Origin: Synechococcus sp.
GTDB taxonomy: Bacteria > Cyanobacteriota > Cyanobacteriia > Thermostichales > PCC-7336
Direction of reading: 5' to 3'
Length of the DNA: 25,187 bases
Assembly: GCA_051439425.1 (NCBI GenBank)
Contig: JBFRWD010000055.1
Span: 1-25,187 of the forward strand
In this document: positions 18,892-25,187 of the stretch, piece by piece
Position numbering within the stretch: the first letter of the stretch is position 1
Layout: each line of letters opens with the position of its first letter
Notes under the pieces: model-generated
Database searches by the model: none
What the model saw: only the letters and a program-made list of their open reading frames with translations
Told to the model about the DNA's origin: nothing
Program-made: the position numbers and the translations under genes

Positions 18892-19503
18892 ATGAAATCG
18901 GCATTCCCTACCAAGCTCCCCCTCGCGACATCGCTCGTTGGCTGCGCCCTCGCTTGTATTGGTGTTGCGATCGCAACCGTACCGGTCGCCGAAGCTCGCC
19001 CGTTTGCAGAACTTAGCCGTCAATCCACCAGCCCCCAACTTCTCAACAGCCGCAACGATATCCGCCAGCTGGAGAGGGTTCGCTTACCGCAATACGACTA
19101 CCAAGTGTTTGCTCCCAGTACTCCGACCAGCGGTCCCCAGGGGATTTGGAAATACGGCACTTGCAGCAATACCGTCCGGGTGTTGGTCAGCAACCTCAAC
19201 GACGTGGACGGAGGCCAAGTGGACGTGACTTTGCGGGTCACCCATAGTGAAAAAACCCTCAATTACAGTCCTTCCACAGAAACAGTCTCGACCATTACGC
19301 GCATCGAAGAAGACTTCGAAGGAACTCGAACGATTCGCAGCATCGGGGCCAACGACCACCAATGGGTGGAGTTCTCGAATGTGTCCTTTCCCGATGTAGA
19401 CAGCTACACGCTGACAGCATCCATCAGCCCCCAACCCAACGGGGACAATACCGATAACAACAGCCGGACTGTATCTTCATTCGTCAACCACAGCTGTAGC
19501 TGA
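18892..19503 (+). CDS. Secreted hypothetical protein, CARDB/Ig-like C-terminal domain
   Basis: GAGGT RBS, signal peptide ending AEA, and a beta-rich region ending YTLTASI..DNTDNNSRTVS that resembles the CARDB end motif. Confidence 0.65.
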   Translation: MKSAFPTKLPLATSLVGCALACIGVAIATVPVAEARPFAELSRQSTSPQLLNSRNDIRQLERVRLPQYDYQVFAPSTPTSGPQGIWKYGTCSNTVRVLVSNLNDVDGGQVDVTLRVTHSEKTLNYSPSTETVSTITRIEEDFEGTRTIRSIGANDHQWVEFSNVSFPDVDSYTLTASISPQPNGDNTDNNSRTVSSFVNHSCS

Positions 19504-19782
19504 CGCGAGTCGAGTCTGGCAATCTGCCACTCTACAGCTCGGTCCCGTTGGTTGGTTCCCTGCCACTCCGATTCCATCCCCTTCGGAGTTGCTGGAAACC
19601 GACATCGCACACCGCTGTCAGGTCGAGAGGATTTGAATGGCTGCCACACTCATAGGAAGTGTAAGTGTGGCAGGACTGAGTAGGCTCAAATCCTGAAGCA
19701 GCAAGGAAATAGGTTCGAGCAATCTGCCTAACGGTTTACCCGACGCCATATGACGAACATCGCATCCGGTAGACCGCTCACC

Positions 19783-19810
19783 AAAAAAGGACCTCATTCG
19801 TTCGAGGTCC
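19783..19810 (-). terminator. Rho-independent terminator of the atp operon
   Basis: Minus strand GGACCTC gaacgaat GAGGTCC TTTTTT. Confidence 0.85.
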
Positions 19811-19847
19811 CTCCTTTTGAATTCAACTGCAGTTTGATTGACTCGGT

Positions 19848-20786
19848 TTAGACAGCACTGGAGCCACCAACAACCTCGAGAATCTCTTGCGTGATGCTCG
19901 CTTGACGTGCCTTGTTGTAGCCGAGGTTCAGCTGACCGATTAGATCCTTGGCATTGTCGCTCGCGTTATTCATCGCAGTCATTCGAGATGCCAGTTCGCT
20001 AGCGGCAGACTCCTGCAGTGCTCTGAGCAGTTGGCTCTCGATATAGAGAGGCAACAGAGAGTCCAAGATTTCCACCGGATCTTGTTCGAAGATCATGTCT
20101 TGAGGAGGAGCCGTCAAATCAACATCAACCTCATCGCGCTCGACCGCAAATTCCCCTTGCTTAACCAACATTTTGAAGACATCGTCAGTCTGTAACAGGT
20201 CAGTTGTTAGAGGCAGCAGAGTCTGAAGAACTGGGCGAGAGCTAATTAGCGACACAAAGCGGGTAAAGACAACTTCGACGCGATCGACCTTCTTGGCTGC
20301 AAACGCAGTAACTAATTCATCAGCAATCCCCGCGGCTTCTTCCGCCGTTGGAATCTGTTCCAGCCCTTCGTAAGACTTCACCACAGCAGCTTTGCGACGC
20401 TTGAAGTACTGGTTGGCCTTTCGACCCACCAAATGCAAATCGCACTCGATGCCTTTGCCTCTCAAGGTGGCAAGTCGCTCTTCTGCTTTCTTGATGGCGT
20501 TGGTGTTGTAAGCACCACACAGCCCGCGATCGGCTGTCACCACCAGTAGAGCAACGCGCTTGACCGTGCGGGTATCCATTAGCGGAAGTTCAACACTCTC
20601 AAGCTGTAGACGAGTCTGCAGGCGAAAGAAGACCTGAGCAAGCCGGTCGGCAAATGGACGGGAGGCATCCACCTGTTCTTGGGCACGTCTCACCTTCGCG
20701 GCTGCAACTAGTCGCATGGCTTCGGTGATTTTGCGAGTGTTCTTTACAGATTTGATGCGATCTCGAATAGCCTTCAGATTCGACAT
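19848..20786 (-). CDS. atpG: F1 ATP synthase subunit gamma (cyanobacterial atpC)
   Basis: [48 protein letters not shown] and [16 protein letters not shown]. Confidence 0.98.
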   Translation of the reverse strand: MSNLKAIRDRIKSVKNTRKITEAMRLVAAAKVRRAQEQVDASRPFADRLAQVFFRLQTRLQLESVELPLMDTRTVKRVALLVVTADRGLCGAYNTNAIKKAEERLATLRGKGIECDLHLVGRKANQYFKRRKAAVVKSYEGLEQIPTAEEAAGIADELVTAFAAKKVDRVEVVFTRFVSLISSRPVLQTLLPLTTDLLQTDDVFKMLVKQGEFAVERDEVDVDLTAPPQDMIFEQDPVEILDSLLPLYIESQLLRALQESAASELASRMTAMNNASDNAKDLIGQLNLGYNKARQASITQEILEVVGGSSAV

Positions 20787-20839
20787 GACAGGTCTTCTCG
20801 ATGGGGTGGCTCGGTATTGGTAGAAGGTAGAGAAAAAAG

Positions 20840-22934
<2,095 letters not shown>

Positions 22935-22939
22935 TCTAA

Positions 22940-23443
22940 CTATCCTCCGAGAAGCTGAATACTGTTATCAATCAAGCGAGACTGGACGTCATCGTTCAAT
23001 CGGCTGGGCAGATCGGCTTCAACTTTCTCCAAAGCCTTCTGAACAGCCTGCCGGCGCAACTGCGCAACAGCCCGATCTCGCTCTGCTGCAATTTCTCGGT
23101 CGGCCGCAGCTTTCATTTTGACGACATCATCCTCAGCTTGACTGAGAATCTCCGCTTTCAATTTCTCTGCAGTTGCTTTCGCTTGCTCCAGAATTGATGC
23201 GGCCTCCTGCTGGGCTTTAGCAAGCTTGTTCTTTTGCTCGGACAACTGTAGTAGGGCAGATTTCTGCTGCTCCTCTGCATCTTTAATGGCCGAGAGAATG
23301 ACCGATTTGCGCTCGCTCAAAATATTGCCGATGGCATTCTTTCCCAGGTAGATGAGCAGGCTTAAAACAACCAAAATGTTGAGGATGTTGCTGCCTAGGA
23401 TGTCAAAATCTATTCCAAATCCGCCGGATAAGGCAAACATCAT
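22940..23443 (-). CDS. atpF: Fo ATP synthase subunit b
   Basis: GFGIDFDILGSNILN, single TM segment plus coiled coil, and operon position. Confidence 0.94.
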   Translation of the reverse strand: MMFALSGGFGIDFDILGSNILNILVVLSLLIYLGKNAIGNILSERKSVILSAIKDAEEQQKSALLQLSEQKNKLAKAQQEAASILEQAKATAEKLKAEILSQAEDDVVKMKAAADREIAAERDRAVAQLRRQAVQKALEKVEADLPSRLNDDVQSRLIDNSIQLLGG

Positions 23444-23468
23444 TGAGTCTCCAAATTACGGGGTCGCA

Positions 23469-23945
23469 CTACACGGCGCTCAAAAGCTTGCTGACAATTC
23501 CATCGCTGAGGAGATCGACTTCAGCATCCAGCGAATTCCGAGCGGCTTCCCTCTCCTGCTCCACCTCTTGGCGAGCCTTGTCAACATCGGCTTGAGCACT
23601 CTGCTGCGCTTCAATCACCATGCGATTGCGAATATCGTTCGCTTCGGCTTGTGCATCGGCAATCACCATCTGTGACTTAACTCGCGTCTGGGACAACTCC
23701 TGCTTGTATTGAGCAGTCAGCGCCTCAGTCTCCGCTAGCTTGGCCTTCACATCGGCAAGGGTGCTCCTGACATAATCATTGCGATCGTCAATCGCTTTAG
23801 TCAGAGGACCAAAAAACAGCCCTTTCAATACAGTCATCAAGACTAAAAACTCGATGACAACGATCGGCAGTGTGGCATCGAAACCAAACAAACTAGCCTT
23901 TTGCTCGACAGCCTCTGCCGCAACGATTAAGGACCAATGAATCAT
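23469..23945 (-). CDS. atpF2: Fo ATP synthase subunit b' (cyanobacterial atpG)
   Basis: LFGFDATLP..FFGPLTKAIDDR motif and operon position. Confidence 0.94.
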   Translation of the reverse strand: MIHWSLIVAAEAVEQKASLFGFDATLPIVVIEFLVLMTVLKGLFFGPLTKAIDDRNDYVRSTLADVKAKLAETEALTAQYKQELSQTRVKSQMVIADAQAEANDIRNRMVIEAQQSAQADVDKARQEVEQEREAARNSLDAEVDLLSDGIVSKLLSAV

Positions 23946-24049
23946 GACTTTCCAAGAGCACTATTGAGGGCACTATTACAAATCGAAGTCGCGGCACCCG
24001 GTAGGCAACTTTGTCTAGCCCATTACCAAGTGCCACGCATTAGTTCGGT

Positions 24050-24358
<309 letters not shown>

Positions 24359-24454
24359 CTAGTAACTAATTACTAACAAACTTGTACAGAGGGAGGCTCA
24401 AACACAGCTTTAAAACTGCCGGTAGGCCACAAAAAGATGGAGAATCACGATAAT

Positions 24455-25183
24455 TTAGTCGTGATGATCGCCATGTCCCTCGAGCGCTTCACCAATATAA
24501 TTGGCACTAAGCGTTGCAAAAATCAATGCCTGAATTGCACCAGTAAAGAGGAAAAGAATCATCAACGGTACTGGAATAACTAGAGGTACCAGTAATACGA
24601 TTACCGCAACAACCAATTCCTCTGCCAAAATATTTCCAAACAGTCGGAAACTGAGGGAAAGAGGCTTAGTCAAATCCTCCAAAATGTTAATCGGAAGTAG
24701 AATAGGGGTCGGCTCGACATACTTTTTGAAGTATCCGAATCCCTTCTTCCGAATGCCAGCGTAGAAGTAGGTAACGCTAGTCAGGAGTGCAAGACCTAAT
24801 GTGGTGTTGATATCGTTTGTCGGTGACGCAAGTTCGCCCTCCGGAAGAGTAATGATTTTCCAGGGGAAAAGGTTACCCATCCAGTTCGAAACGAAAATGA
24901 ACAGAAAGAGAGTTCCTACGTAAGGAACCCAGGGTCTGTATTCTTTTTCTCCAATCTGGCTTTTTGCCAAACCTTCAATGAATTCAAGAACGTATTCAAG
25001 GAAGTTTTGCGGCCCAGCAGGGATGCGCTCGATCGAGCGCGTTCCCCAGAAAACCAGGGCCAAGATGATAGCAATCGCAATCCAACTGCCGATCAGAACC
25101 TGACCGTGAATCGAATATTTGCCGATGTGCCAGTACAGGTGGTAGCCAACTTCTAGCTCGGCAAACGGTAAGAGGTTGGGCAT
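24455..25183 (-). CDS. atpB: Fo ATP synthase subunit a (cyanobacterial atpI); start may lie slightly beyond the window edge
   Basis: [27 protein letters not shown] and IQALIFATL motifs. Confidence 0.96.
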   Translation of the reverse strand: MPNLLPFAELEVGYHLYWHIGKYSIHGQVLIGSWIAIAIILALVFWGTRSIERIPAGPQNFLEYVLEFIEGLAKSQIGEKEYRPWVPYVGTLFLFIFVSNWMGNLFPWKIITLPEGELASPTNDINTTLGLALLTSVTYFYAGIRKKGFGYFKKYVEPTPILLPINILEDLTKPLSLSFRLFGNILAEELVVAVIVLLVPLVIPVPLMILFLFTGAIQALIFATLSANYIGEALEGHGDHHD

Positions 25184-25187
25184 GGAT

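Noticed and set aside
24362..24373. GTA...TAC palindrome as an NtcA site
   Set aside because: Spacer is 6 nt, not 8. Better explained as the RNA hairpin upstream of atpE.

Overview
Cyanobacterial chromosomal segment: HIP1 octamers (GCGATCGC) are frequent and the ATP synthase operon has the b'/b pair. Most of it is core genome: the 5' half of class II fba, a NUDIX hydrolase, an SLH-domain protein, a TetA-like MFS transporter, purM divergent from rlpA, rpsA, a DUF697 GTPase, rpsD, an HtrA/DegP protease, an ABC-2 exporter pair, a secreted CARDB-like protein and atpB-E-F2-F-H-A-G. Accessory elements are an intact MNT antitoxin followed by a broken HEPN (HepT) toxin, and a probable cruE-cruH aromatic-carotenoid pair. 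The most interesting unexplained signal lies in the 3318-3996 intergenic region. It holds three copies of an ~85-88-nt non-coding unit on the minus strand, each built as a TTCA(C/T)A-N5-TTCACA direct repeat, a fixed 22-nt spacer, a conserved core and a terminator-like hairpin with a U-tail. This looks like an array of sibling small RNAs that I do not recognise. A local G/C strand-skew reversal near 13.0 kb and hairpins bracketing atpE also merit checking. All product calls come from motif recognition only; no database searches were run.
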